DNA of 48,217 nt, taken from NCBI RefSeq assembly GCF_002087085.1, contig NZ_MWQY01000027.1, positions 1 to 48,217 of the forward strand. The letters are read 5' to 3'. The translations under genes and the position numbers were made by a program. Below, piece after piece: positions 1 to 10,043 of the stretch (position 1 is its first letter; each line of letters starts with the position of its first letter). The notes under the pieces are model-generated. The model was not told the origin of the DNA. It ran no database searches and saw nothing but the letters and a program-made list of their open reading frames with translations.

Positions 1-23
1 TAACCTATAGCACATGTAAATTT

Positions 24-55
24 AAAAAGGGACTGCCTACTTAATAGACAGCCCC
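24..55 (-). terminator. Rho-independent terminator of ilvBN
   Basis: Minus-strand RNA GGGGCUGUCUA-UUAAG-UAGGCAGUCCC-UUUUU forms an 11-bp stem (two G-U pairs) with a U-tract, just after the ilvN stop. Confidence 0.85.
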
Positions 56-77
56 CCGGATGAAAATGCTCAGCAGC

Positions 78-590
78 TCAGGTGATTCTTGAACCCTTGG
101 CCATGAGGATCTTTCCGGAGCGCACCATCTCCACGACACCGTAATGGCTGCAGATATTGTGGACCGTGTCCAGCTTTTCCGAATCCCCGGAGATCTCGAA
201 AGTGATTGTAGAATCACTGAGATCGACGATTTCTCCGTTGAAGGCGGAGGCCACCTGGAGAATTTCCGTTCTCTTTTCAGGAGGGCACTCCAGTTTGATC
301 AGCAGAAGTTCCTTCTGGATTACATTTTCGCTGGTATTGTCGGTGGCATGGACAACATCCACCAGTTTGTTCAGCTGCTTGAGAATCTGGTCCAGGGTTT
401 TTGCGTCCCCGGAAGCGACGATATTCATCTGGGAGAATTTCGGATCGTGCGCACCGGATACAACCAGGCTGTCAATGTTGTAGCCACGGCGGGCGAAGAC
501 CAGGGAGACCCTTATGAGCACCCCCGGTTTGTTGGCGACATAGAGACTGATTGTATGCTGGCGATAATCCTGTTGGGCTGCTGTGCTCAT
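78..590 (-). CDS. ilvN: Acetolactate synthase small (regulatory) subunit
   Basis: ACT domain HTISLYVANKPGVLIRVSLVFARRGYNIDSL; KQLNKLVDV and EMVRSG motifs; 1-nt overlap with the ilvB stop; GGAGG RBS. Confidence 0.96.
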   Translation of the reverse strand: MSTAAQQDYRQHTISLYVANKPGVLIRVSLVFARRGYNIDSLVVSGAHDPKFSQMNIVASGDAKTLDQILKQLNKLVDVVHATDNTSENVIQKELLLIKLECPPEKRTEILQVASAFNGEIVDLSDSTITFEISGDSEKLDTVHNICSHYGVVEMVRSGKILMAKGSRIT

Positions 591-2308
591 TAGGTACCTC
601 CTGTGGGTTTGGCGAGTTTGCCGGTTTTCGGCACTTCCAGCAGCATCGCGCTGTAAGGCGCACCGGAGGGAATCATGGGAAAGACGTTGTCCTCTTTTTC
701 CACCTCTGCATCGATTACGCAGGGGCCGTCGTTGTATTCCAGGGCATTCCTGAGGACCCGGCGGACGTCCGCGGAGCGTTTAATCCGGAAGGCCTTGCAT
801 CCGTAACTCTCGGCGAGCTTTACGAAATTGGGGTTTCCTTCCATGTCTACCCCGGAAAGGCGGTTGTCGTAGAACATGTTCTGCCACTGCCGAACCATTC
901 CCAGGTAGTTGTTGTTGATGATGAGGATCTTGAGGGGAAGCTTGTGGATGACCGCGGTGGCCAGTTCGTTCAGGGTCATCTGGAAACCGCCGTCTCCGAC
1001 GATGGCAATTACGGTCTTATCCGGTTCCCCCAGGGCGGCGCCGATGGCCGCGGGAAATCCGAAACCCATGGTGCCGGCTCCACCGGAGGAAATCCACTGA
1101 TAGCGGTGCTTGATCAGGTAGTACTGGGCCGCCCACATCTGGTGCTGCCCGACGTCGGTGGTGACCACCGCTTCGCCGTTGGTAAGCTTGTATATCTCGT
1201 CAATTACATGCTCCGCCTTCAGTTTGCCTTCCTTGCGGTATTTCAGGGGGAACTTGCGGCGGAAGCGGCGGATATCCTGCATCCAGGCGGAGGTGTCTCC
1301 CGGCTCGACAACAGCGGCGATGGCTTCGACAACGTGCCGGGCGTCTCCGATGATGGCGCAGTCCACGGGGACCGACTTGTTGATCTCCGAGGGATCAATA
1401 TCGATGTGGATTTTTACCGCTCCTGCACAGAACTCGTCGAGTTTTCCGGTGATCCTGTCGTCCCACCGGGAACCGATGGACATGATGAGGTCGCAGTGTT
1501 CCACCGCCTTGTTGGCGTAGGCCGTACCGTGCATGCCGAGCATACCCAGGTTGAGTTCGTGGGTCTCGGGTACGCAGCCTTTGCCCAGGAGAGTGTTGAC
1601 CACCGGAACCTGGAGTTTCTCCGCCAGGTAGGTAATCGCTTTACCGGCATCGGATATGACCGCGCCGTGACCGACCAGCAGAAGGGGGCGTGATGCACGG
1701 CTGAGCATCTCCGCCGCGGTTTCGATATCCTCGATGTTTCCCTCCCTGGGAATCCTGTATCCCGGAAGGTGAAAATCCTCGCTGACTGCGGGATCGATAA
1801 GGGCGCTTGAAACGTCCTTCGGCAGGTCGATAAGAACAGGGCCCGGGCGGCCGGTGACTGCCAGATGGAAAGCTTCACGGACAATCCGGGGAATGTCCTG
1901 GGGCTCCTTTATGAGATAGGAGTGTTTTACCACCGGGTAGGATATTCCCGATACGTCCGCCTCCTGAAAGGCGTCGAGCCCCAGGTTTCCCGTGAGCTGC
2001 TGACCGCAGATGATTACCATGGGAACTGAATCCATGTGGGCTGTCATGATTCCCGTAATGGTGTTTGTCGCCCCGGGACCGGAGGTGACCAGAACGACTC
2101 CTGGTTTTCCTGTGGCCCGGGCAAAACCGTCGGCCATGTGGGTGGCACCCTGCTCATGCCGGGTGAGAATCAGCTTGATCGGGGAATCCACCAGGGCATC
2201 GAATACCGGGATGGCGTTTCCACCGGGATAGCCAAAAAGGTATTCGACTCCCTGCTGCTGGATGATATCCACCAGTACTTCGGCGCCGGTACGGAGGTTC
2301 TTTGTCAT
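590..2308 (-). CDS. ilvB: Acetolactate synthase large subunit
   Basis: [34 protein letters not shown], ThDP motif GDGGFQM...NN, GMVRQWQ. Confidence 0.97.
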   Translation of the reverse strand: MTKNLRTGAEVLVDIIQQQGVEYLFGYPGGNAIPVFDALVDSPIKLILTRHEQGATHMADGFARATGKPGVVLVTSGPGATNTITGIMTAHMDSVPMVIICGQQLTGNLGLDAFQEADVSGISYPVVKHSYLIKEPQDIPRIVREAFHLAVTGRPGPVLIDLPKDVSSALIDPAVSEDFHLPGYRIPREGNIEDIETAAEMLSRASRPLLLVGHGAVISDAGKAITYLAEKLQVPVVNTLLGKGCVPETHELNLGMLGMHGTAYANKAVEHCDLIMSIGSRWDDRITGKLDEFCAGAVKIHIDIDPSEINKSVPVDCAIIGDARHVVEAIAAVVEPGDTSAWMQDIRRFRRKFPLKYRKEGKLKAEHVIDEIYKLTNGEAVVTTDVGQHQMWAAQYYLIKHRYQWISSGGAGTMGFGFPAAIGAALGEPDKTVIAIVGDGGFQMTLNELATAVIHKLPLKILIINNNYLGMVRQWQNMFYDNRLSGVDMEGNPNFVKLAESYGCKAFRIKRSADVRRVLRNALEYNDGPCVIDAEVEKEDNVFPMIPSGAPYSAMLLEVPKTGKLAKPTGGT

Positions 2309-2380
2309 ATTCTGTCTCCAATGTAACTGTATTTGCTGTTATCTTCCCCTGAAGGCACGGATAACAACCGGCATTGAAGA

Positions 2381-2410
2381 ACTATAGGCCTGTCTGTTGG
2401 GGGTTGTCAA
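2381..2410 (-). promoter_or_regulatory. Sigma70-type promoter of ilvBN
   Basis: Minus strand TTGACA-N18-TATAGT about 70 nt upstream of the ilvB ATG. Confidence 0.75.
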
Positions 2411-2611
2411 TAGAAAACTAACGAAAAAACAGCTAAGTTCAATGAAAAACATAAAAATGCTAATAAAAATAACCAATAAATAAACAAATATCGGTAAAAA
2501 GAGCCAAATACCAAATAATTTTAACTAAAATAACGATAAACAAGTAGTGATTTTCGGATTGTGCTTCAGAAAAGTAAAAATACACACCTTTCCGTTAGTC
2601 TCTGTCCTGAG

Positions 2612-2640
2612 TTGACAATTTTTGAAGCTGTCTCTACAGT
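2612..2640 (+). promoter_or_regulatory. Sigma70-type promoter of the EIIA-antiporter operon (near-leaderless)
   Basis: TTGACA-N17-TACAGT ending 8 nt before ATG 2649; no Shine-Dalgarno in between. Confidence 0.75.
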
Positions 2641-2648
2641 CTTTACCC

Positions 2649-3095
2649 ATGAACCTACGTAAAGTGTTGAGCCCCGAGCTCATCTCTCTGGGCCTGAAGG
2701 CTTCCACAAAACAGGAAGCTGTCGAAGAACTTGTCGATCTGCTTATGCAGGGAGGCAGGATTAATGACCGGGATGCCGCCCTTCAGGCAGTGCTGGAACG
2801 GGAATCCAAGATGTCCACGGGCATTCAGCACGGTGTTGCCATCCCCCACGGCAAGACCAGTGCGGTGAATGATCTTGTCGCCTGTGTGGCGGTAAAGCCC
2901 GAGGGAATTGATTTCGAATCTCTGGACGGAGAGCCGAGCACGATTTTTATCATGACTCTTTCTCCTCTGAACAAAACAGGACCCCATGTTCAGTTTCTGG
3001 CGGAGATAAGCCGTCTTTTGAAGACCGCAGAATCCCGGGAACGCATTCTGAAGGTTAGCTCAAAGCAGGAACTGCTTTCCGTTCTGCTGGAGTAA
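2649..3095 (+). CDS. Stand-alone PTS EIIA component (Fru/Ntr family)
   Basis: ERE..STGI..GVAIPHGK (phospho-His motif), GIDFESLDG, HVQFLAEISRLL. Start moved to ATG 2649 because TTG 2622 lies inside the promoter. Confidence 0.9.
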   Translation: MNLRKVLSPELISLGLKASTKQEAVEELVDLLMQGGRINDRDAALQAVLERESKMSTGIQHGVAIPHGKTSAVNDLVACVAVKPEGIDFESLDGEPSTIFIMTLSPLNKTGPHVQFLAEISRLLKTAESRERILKVSSKQELLSVLLE

Positions 3096-3100
3096 ACTCT

Positions 3101-4720
3101 ATGAACCATATTATGACTCGCCTCATGCTGCAGCTGGCGGTGGTAATCATCAGCTCCAAGATTCTGGGCCACCTGTTCTCCCGGGTTTTACGTCAGCCCC
3201 GGGTTCTTGGAGAGCTGGTTGCCGGTATGATTATCGGTCCCTATGCCCTGGGAGCGATTTCCATCCCCTTCCTGCACGGCCCCCTTTTTCCCATCTTCGA
3301 CGGGGTACTGCCCATTCAGCCGGAACTCTACGGCTTTGCAGTCCACGCCTCCATAATCCTCCTGTTTCTCTCGGGACTCGAGACTGATCTACCCACCTTT
3401 CTGCGCTTTTCGGGCCTCGGGTCCGTAATAGGCATCGGAGGCGTGGTGGTCTCCTTCCTTTTCGGCGATCTGGTGGCTGTGCTGATGCTCCCGGGGGTTT
3501 CCTCCTTTACCGATCCGGCGGCCCTGTTTCTCGGGACCCTCTCGACGGCAACCTCCGTAGGTATTACCGCCAGGATTTTATCGGAAAAGCACAAGATGTC
3601 CTCCCCCGAGGGAGTCACCATCCTGGCCGCCGCGGTACTGGACGATGTTCTGGGAATTATTCTGCTGGCCGTTGTGGTGGGCATCTCGAAGGCCTCCGGC
3701 AGTGCCCCCCTGGACTGGGGAGGAATCGGGATTATCGCCGCCAAGGCCTTCGGTTTCTGGCTGGTCTGTACGGTTATCGGAATTCTGGTCGCCCCGAAGC
3801 TGACCAGGGGACTCAAGCAGTTTCAGGGCATGGATACCATCGCTGGAATAGCCTTCGGCATCGCCCTTATCCTGGCAGGCCTCTCGGAGACTGTCGGTCT
3901 TGCCATGATCATCGGGGCCTATGTGACGGGACTCTCCCTCTCCCAGACCGATATCGCCCATGAAATACGGGAGAACCTGTCGGGGCTCTACTCCTTCTTT
4001 GTACCTATCTTTTTCTGCGTCATGGGGATGATGGTGGATTTCAGCTCCCTGATTCCCGTCCTGGGTTTCGGGCTTGTCTTCTCCGCCACTGCAATTGCAG
4101 GCAAGATGATCGGCTGCGGACTGCCGAGCCTGCTGACCGGTTTCAACCTTCGAGGGGCATTCCGTATCGGTGCGGGGATGCTCCCCCGGGGAGAGGTTAC
4201 CCTGATTGTCGCCGGCATAGGTCTCTCCTCGGGAGTCATCGGAAAGGACCTTTTCGGCGTGGCCATCATGACCCTCCTGGTTGCCAGCATCACCGCTCCG
4301 CCCCTGCTCATCCGCAGTTTCAACGGAGGCAGCGGATATACCAGGCGCAGAAGAGGAGAAAAACCCGAGGCTCCCCAGCAGTCCTTTGATCTTGAGTTTC
4401 CTTCCCAGCGTATGACCGATTTTATCCGCCAGGAGATGCTCAAGGCCTTCAAGGATGAGGAGTTCTTTATCCACCGGGTGGATTCCTCCCAGGACCGGCT
4501 GTATCACATACGCAAGGATGAGATCCTGATCACCCTGGTACAGAAGGACAATACCATCTCCGTCAGGACCGCCCCTGAACACGAGCAGCTCGTCCGGCTT
4601 CTGCTTCTCGAGGAGGTCCTGGAGTTAAAGGATCTTCTCAAATCCATGGAGAGCATGAAGGACCCGGATAAGATGGGGGCGAACCTGCTGATGGGACTCT
4701 TTTCGGAAGAGGGCGTTTGA
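3101..4720 (+). CDS. Cation:proton antiporter (CPA2, NapA/GerN-like) with a C-terminal soluble extension
   Basis: Many hydrophobic helices; ATSVGIT, AAVLDD and GMLPRGEV motifs; about 130-aa hydrophilic tail. Confidence 0.9.
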   Translation: MNHIMTRLMLQLAVVIISSKILGHLFSRVLRQPRVLGELVAGMIIGPYALGAISIPFLHGPLFPIFDGVLPIQPELYGFAVHASIILLFLSGLETDLPTFLRFSGLGSVIGIGGVVVSFLFGDLVAVLMLPGVSSFTDPAALFLGTLSTATSVGITARILSEKHKMSSPEGVTILAAAVLDDVLGIILLAVVVGISKASGSAPLDWGGIGIIAAKAFGFWLVCTVIGILVAPKLTRGLKQFQGMDTIAGIAFGIALILAGLSETVGLAMIIGAYVTGLSLSQTDIAHEIRENLSGLYSFFVPIFFCVMGMMVDFSSLIPVLGFGLVFSATAIAGKMIGCGLPSLLTGFNLRGAFRIGAGMLPRGEVTLIVAGIGLSSGVIGKDLFGVAIMTLLVASITAPPLLIRSFNGGSGYTRRRRGEKPEAPQQSFDLEFPSQRMTDFIRQEMLKAFKDEEFFIHRVDSSQDRLYHIRKDEILITLVQKDNTISVRTAPEHEQLVRLLLLEEVLELKDLLKSMESMKDPDKMGANLLMGLFSEEGV

Positions 4721-4737
4721 CTGGAGCCTTCAGGTTC

Positions 4738-7700
4738 TCATTCGCAGGCGGAGAAATACTCCTCCTGCAGACGGATCACCAGATTACTCAGGGCATCAAG
4801 CTGCTGCAGGAATTCCCCCCCCGGAAGCCCGACGCAGCGCTGTGACAGTGCTTCAAGCTGTTCCGGGTCCCGGGGCAGGGTGTGGATCTGCCGGTCCTCG
4901 TAGAGCTGCAGAAAATGTTCAATACGCCTGAAAAAGCGGTAAGCCTCGTTCAGGCTTCTCAGGTCCCGGGGCTTCATTATCTCCATCTCCCCCAGAAGAG
5001 CCAGGGTTTGCAGGGTATTCCCGCAGACAAGACCGGGATGCTCCGGTCCCTGTATCAGCTGCAGCCCCTGTACGAGGAATTCGATATCCCGGATACCCCC
5101 GGGGCCGTTCTTTATCTCCCGTAAACCCCGCTGAAGGTCCCTGTTTGTACGCAGGGCCGACTGCCGGTTATTCCTGATGGCAGTAATAATTTCCTTCGCT
5201 TCCCGCCGTTCCAGAAGGAGGGGCCGCAGACGATCTTCGAAAGCAGCAAGGGTACGGGGATCGGGATCAAGAAGCCGGAGTTTCAACAGGGCCTGCAGTT
5301 CCCAGGGGGCTGCCGTGTTCCGGTAATATTCTTCCAGAGCGGCAAGACTGACGGTAAGATCCCCGGAACGGCCGAAGGGCCGCAGACGGTAGTCCACCCG
5401 GTATCCTGCACCCACAGGGGAAGAAACCGCCAGAAGCTCCCGTGTGCGTTCCATCAGTTTACGCCCCTCTTCCTTGTCCAGGCCCCGATTCTCCGGACTC
5501 TCCCGGAGAATACCGATAAGGTCCAGATCGGAAGAGTAGTTCAGCTCCAGTCCTCCCAGTTTTCCGAAGGCCGCGATTACTACCGGAACCGTGCCTTTTC
5601 CCCCTGTCTCAAGCCATGCGTAGTTCAGGGCTTCCCTGATCTGGCTCTCCGCTGTGAGGGACAGTTCCAGGGTGATCTCCTCCAGGGGGGCCCCGTAGCA
5701 GATGTCCCGGGTCCCGATACGCAGAATCTCCCGTTTCTTTGTCCAGCGCAGGGCCGCGATAAAACGTTTTCTGTAGGGGGCCTTTTCCGTTTCCGCCGCC
5801 AGGCGCCGGCGGAACTCATCGCGGGTGAAGGGACGATGGATAAGAGCGGGATCAGTGATCTCGTTAAAGAGATCCGGTTCCCGGGCGAGGATATCGCTAA
5901 GGAACTGACTGCCGGAAAAAAGCCGCATCAGCAGGTTAATCCGGGTGGGCTGGGAAAGCATCTGCGCCGTAAGTTCCCCGCCGTTTCTGGCGGCGGCTGC
6001 AAAGCGTTCCCAGTTGTTCAAGGCCATATCCGGATCGCTCCGTCGCATCAGCTCCTGGACGGCCAGGATCGCGACGGAAACAAAGGCTTCCCGGTTCCCG
6101 GATTCCCGGGCGAGACTCTCGAAATTATGGATTCCCCGTTTCGGATTCTTGAAACCGTAGCGCCGGAGAATCTCTGTTCTCAATTCCAGGGATCTCTCCG
6201 GAAAGAGAATAAGGTCGGCAACGGTCTCTGTCCCCCGGAAGGGAAGGGCCTCTCGTCCCAGATAATGTTCAACAAAACCACGTACCCTGGCGGTGCGTTC
6301 CTCGAATTCAGTCTTGAGCTGTTCCCCGGGAAGCATATCCTGCTTTCCCTTGTAGCCCATTCGCCGGGCAAGATGGGTATACTCGTCGGATTCAAAATCG
6401 GGGAGGTAAAGGTCCCGGGCGGAACCCCGGAGCATGCGCAGGGCATTGATAAGGCGCCGCAGAAAACGGTAGGCCCAGATTATCTCCTGGGCCTCGGTGG
6501 ACAGGATAATCCCAAGACGGGACAGCTCCTCCAGGGCCTGGTGAATGCTGGGGGTACGGAGACTCAGGTACTCCCTGCCGTGTTCCGCCTGAAGGATCTG
6601 GACGGTATACTCCACGTCCACCAGAGCGCCGGTTGAAAACTTGGCATTGAAGCTTCCCGGTCTGTTTTTTTCCTCCAGCTGCCGCTGACGCAGGTTTCGC
6701 AGTTCCTTCAGGTCAAGGGAACCGTCGACGTAGAGAATCTCGTCCCGGATTATTTCAACGCGCCGGCCAAGCTCCCCGTCGCCGGCTACTCTCCTCAGGC
6801 GCACCAGGGCCAGGCGTTCAAAGGAACGGGCTGTTTCGCGGTAATAGGATGTAAAGCGTTCAAGGCTCGATGCGTGAGGGCCGGCGCTCCCGTGGGGCCT
6901 CAGGCGCAGATCCACACGGAAAATCCCCTCCTGTTTTGTCCGGATGATCCCGGCGGCCTCCTTGACCAGACGGTCGAAGAACTCCGGGTTGGGAATCTGC
7001 TGCTCCCCGTCGGTAGTGCCGTTATCGGAGTAGACGCAGATCAGCTCGATGTCCGAGGCATAACCCAGGGCCTGGCCCCCGAATTTCCCCAGACCCAGAA
7101 CAGCCCAGGGTACCTCAAGTCCGGCGACGGTACGGGGTCTGCCGTAGCGATTCTTCAGCTCTTCCTCCGCCAGCATGAAGGCGGTGGAGACAACGGCTTC
7201 CGCCAGACGGGTCAGATGGTGGCTGAAGCGTAGAAAATCTTCCTCGGGGGCGAGGATCTGCCGCAGATCGAGCTTGAAGATTTCATCATCCTTGAACCTG
7301 TTCAGACCCTCGATCTTTTCCTCATACCCGGACAACCTGGACAGGGCGACCTGAAGCCGGTATTCAAAATCTTCCCGGCTTACGGGTGCCTCGAAAATCG
7401 CTCCCGATGTTCGCGGAGCAGCACCCAGAAGAGGTATGATGTTTTCGTACTGCAGACGGATAAAATCCTCCCACAGAAAATCGCTCATACCCAGCAGCTT
7501 TGCCAGTTCCCTGAGAACTTCCGGGTTGTCCAGCAGGTCCTTCCACTGTTCCTGGTCCGGGGAGCGGGAGAGTTCTTCCAGCAGGGACTCAAAGCGGGTT
7601 ATCGCGGCATAGGGAGACGGCGCCTCCCCGAGAAAAAAGGTGAACTGCTTCGTCAGAAGAATCGAGAAGCGCAGCAGATTCAGGGCCTTCTGGTCATCGA

Positions 7701-8358
7701 TCTTTTTTCCTTCCATGTCCAGAAGACCGATGCGGTCATGGATTCTTCCGCTGACGGTGTTTATCTCCACCCGTTCCACCGACAGTCCCTGGAGGGTCAG
7801 GGCGGTGGCCACTGAATAGAGGAAGAAGGGGCTGTCCTGGGCAGTCAGTTCTATCCAGGTGTAATCGGGAAGGTCCTTGTGCAGTACCAGGTCCACCGGC
7901 AGCAGGGTCGTTTTCCCGGCGCTTTCCAGTCGTGCCACAGCCGCTGCAACCCACTCGTTCACTCTTCTCCGGGCCGCTGCCGCCCGGTCCGGTCCTGTGC
8001 TGCTCAGCAGGGGAGGAATCAGCTCGGCAAGACGTTCGTTAACCCGTTTCTGAAAAGAGGAGGACGTTTCATCTCTGCCGATTCTGCCGGAAAAACTGTC
8101 CATGATCCCCCGGCCAGGAAGGGGAGGGGTTTTCTTCCTCCTTCCAGGAGCGGATGATTCCGGCAGAACAAGGGTGTTTATCCGGGCGGAGGAAATCTCC
8201 ATGCCCAGGGAAGAGAGAACCCCGGTCAAAAGCGAGAAGATGGAGGGGAGGTCGTAGGTGGCGATGCTGACCTCGAGTATTCCGGATACGGCATCCCGGG
8301 TTTCGGTAATGAATGGGTCTGAGGGACTAAGTGCTCTAATCAGTCGTTCGCCGGTCAC
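4738..8358 (-). CDS. glnE: Glutamine synthetase adenylyltransferase/removase with N-terminal tandem ACT domains
   Basis: Two nucleotidyltransferase motifs (GKFGGQALGYASDIE and GKLGGLELNYSSDLD), two RVDxRLRPxG motifs, GGIRDIEF. Start set at GTG 8358 behind a GAGGT RBS; the ORF track starts at 8427. Confidence 0.9.
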   Translation of the reverse strand: MTGERLIRALSPSDPFITETRDAVSGILEVSIATYDLPSIFSLLTGVLSSLGMEISSARINTLVLPESSAPGRRKKTPPLPGRGIMDSFSGRIGRDETSSSFQKRVNERLAELIPPLLSSTGPDRAAAARRRVNEWVAAAVARLESAGKTTLLPVDLVLHKDLPDYTWIELTAQDSPFFLYSVATALTLQGLSVERVEINTVSGRIHDRIGLLDMEGKKIDDQKALNLLRFSILLTKQFTFFLGEAPSPYAAITRFESLLEELSRSPDQEQWKDLLDNPEVLRELAKLLGMSDFLWEDFIRLQYENIIPLLGAAPRTSGAIFEAPVSREDFEYRLQVALSRLSGYEEKIEGLNRFKDDEIFKLDLRQILAPEEDFLRFSHHLTRLAEAVVSTAFMLAEEELKNRYGRPRTVAGLEVPWAVLGLGKFGGQALGYASDIELICVYSDNGTTDGEQQIPNPEFFDRLVKEAAGIIRTKQEGIFRVDLRLRPHGSAGPHASSLERFTSYYRETARSFERLALVRLRRVAGDGELGRRVEIIRDEILYVDGSLDLKELRNLRQRQLEEKNRPGSFNAKFSTGALVDVEYTVQILQAEHGREYLSLRTPSIHQALEELSRLGIILSTEAQEIIWAYRFLRRLINALRMLRGSARDLYLPDFESDEYTHLARRMGYKGKQDMLPGEQLKTEFEERTARVRGFVEHYLGREALPFRGTETVADLILFPERSLELRTEILRRYGFKNPKRGIHNFESLARESGNREAFVSVAILAVQELMRRSDPDMALNNWERFAAAARNGGELTAQMLSQPTRINLLMRLFSGSQFLSDILAREPDLFNEITDPALIHRPFTRDEFRRRLAAETEKAPYRKRFIAALRWTKKREILRIGTRDICYGAPLEEITLELSLTAESQIREALNYAWLETGGKGTVPVVIAAFGKLGGLELNYSSDLDLIGILRESPENRGLDKEEGRKLMERTRELLAVSSPVGAGYRVDYRLRPFGRSGDLTVSLAALEEYYRNTAAPWELQALLKLRLLDPDPRTLAAFEDRLRPLLLERREAKEIITAIRNNRQSALRTNRDLQRGLREIKNGPGGIRDIEFLVQGLQLIQGPEHPGLVCGNTLQTLALLGEMEIMKPRDLRSLNEAYRFFRRIEHFLQLYEDRQIHTLPRDPEQLEALSQRCVGLPGGEFLQQLDALSNLVIRLQEEYFSACE

Positions 8359-8449
8359 TGTGAATACCTCTGTGCCGCAGGCGCAGCATGCATTATTCCA
8401 TGTAGTCGATTGTAGCCCCGGTTTCAACCCGGTGAAAAGCGGGAAGAAT

Positions 8450-8496
8450 AAAAAAAGTTCCGCCCTCTCCCCCGGAGGTAAGGAAAGAGGGCGGAA
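8450..8496 (-). terminator. Rho-independent terminator between glnA and glnE
   Basis: TTCCGCCCTCT...AGAGGGCGGAA inverted repeat followed on the minus strand by a U-tract. Confidence 0.8.
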
Positions 8497-8513
8497 TATG
8501 ATGGAGTCTATCC

Positions 8514-9938
8514 TTAAATATCGTAGTACAGGGCAAACTCCCAGGGATGGGGCCGGAGATCAAGGGCCTTGACCTCATGTTCCATCTTGTAATCGATCCA
8601 TGTGTCCACCACATCCTGGGTAAAGACGTCCCCTTTGAGCAGGAACTCATGATCCGCCTCCAGGGCTTCCAGGGCTGCCCGCAGGGATCCGGGAGTTTTG
8701 GGAACCATGGCAAGTTCCTCAGGGGGCAGATCGTAGATGTCCTTGTCCAGGGGGCTGCCGGGATCGATCTTGTTCGCGATACCATCGATGGCGGCCATGC
8801 ACATGGCGGAAAATGCAAGGTAAGGATTGCTGGAAGGATCGGGGCAGCGGAATTCGAAGCGTTTGGCTTTCTCGGAGGAGGAGTACATGGGAATCCTCAC
8901 CGAGGCTGAGCGGTTCCGGCTTGAGTAGGCCAGGTTGACCGGCGCTTCGAAGCCGGGGACGAGCCTCTTGTAGCTGTTGGTGGTGGGATTCGTAAAGGCC
9001 AGCAGCGCAGGAGCGTGCTTCAGAATGCCCCCGATGGCCCACATGGCTTCCTGGGAGAGCCCCGCATAGCCGTCGCCGGCAAAGAGGTTTTTGCCGCTCT
9101 TCCAGAAGGACATATGCACATGCATACCCGACCCGTTGTCGTTGAACAGGGGCTTCGGCATGAAGGTCACCGTCCGGTTGTACTTCTTGGCGGTGTTCTT
9201 GATGATGTACTTGTACTTGAGGACGTTGTCCGCCATCTCCACCAGGGGAGCAAAGCGCATATCGATTTCGCACTGTCCCCCCGTGGCTACCTCGTGGTGC
9301 TGGGCTTCGATGGGGATTCCGATTCTCTCCATGACCAGCATCATTTCGCTGCGGATATCCTGCAGACTGTCCGTCGGCGGTACGGGAAAGTATCCCTCCT
9401 TGTACCTCGGCTTGTAGGCCAGGTTGGGATTTTCAATGCGTCCGGTATTCCAGCGTCCCTCGATGGAGTTCAGGTGGTAATACCCTTCGTGTTCATTCTG
9501 GTCAAAGCGGACGTCATCGAAGATGAAGAATTCCGCTTCGGGACCGATAAACACCGTATCCGCAATCCCGGAGGCCTGCAGATACGAAACGGTTTTACGG
9601 GCGATATTCCGGGGATCCTTGGGGTAATCCTCGCCGGTAATGGGATCGCAGATGTTGCATACCATGACCAGGGTTTTGTGCTGAAAGAACGGATCGATAA
9701 AGGCGGAGTCGGCCACCGGTTTGACCAGCATGTCCGATTCGTTTATCGCCTGCCAGCCCCGGATACTGGAGCCGTCGAATCCGAGGCCCTCGGTAAAGGT
9801 CTCCTCGTCGATTTCATGGGCGGGTACGGAAAAGTGCTGCCACAGTCCCGGGAAATCCATGAAACGGAGGTCCACCACTTCAACGCTTTCCCGTTTCATA
9901 AGATCCAGCACGTCTTTCGGGGTCTTGATTTCATTCAT
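8514..9938 (-). CDS. glnA: Glutamine synthetase type I (beta, adenylylatable)
   Basis: [45 protein letters not shown]; adenylylation loop DIYDLPPEE. Confidence 0.97.
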   Translation of the reverse strand: MNEIKTPKDVLDLMKRESVEVVDLRFMDFPGLWQHFSVPAHEIDEETFTEGLGFDGSSIRGWQAINESDMLVKPVADSAFIDPFFQHKTLVMVCNICDPITGEDYPKDPRNIARKTVSYLQASGIADTVFIGPEAEFFIFDDVRFDQNEHEGYYHLNSIEGRWNTGRIENPNLAYKPRYKEGYFPVPPTDSLQDIRSEMMLVMERIGIPIEAQHHEVATGGQCEIDMRFAPLVEMADNVLKYKYIIKNTAKKYNRTVTFMPKPLFNDNGSGMHVHMSFWKSGKNLFAGDGYAGLSQEAMWAIGGILKHAPALLAFTNPTTNSYKRLVPGFEAPVNLAYSSRNRSASVRIPMYSSSEKAKRFEFRCPDPSSNPYLAFSAMCMAAIDGIANKIDPGSPLDKDIYDLPPEELAMVPKTPGSLRAALEALEADHEFLLKGDVFTQDVVDTWIDYKMEHEVKALDLRPHPWEFALYYDI

Positions 9939-10043
9939 ACTACTTCCTCCTGGGGTAATAGTGTTTGCAACAGGCCGCTCATTACGCGGCGAATATTTAC
10001 AGGGGGCCCGTCAAGGGCGCCCCGTATTGCCTGATAACTGTTT

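Noticed and set aside
9966..9982. Second sigma54 promoter directly upstream of glnA
   Set aside because: It has TTGCA at -12 but GA instead of the invariant GG at -24.
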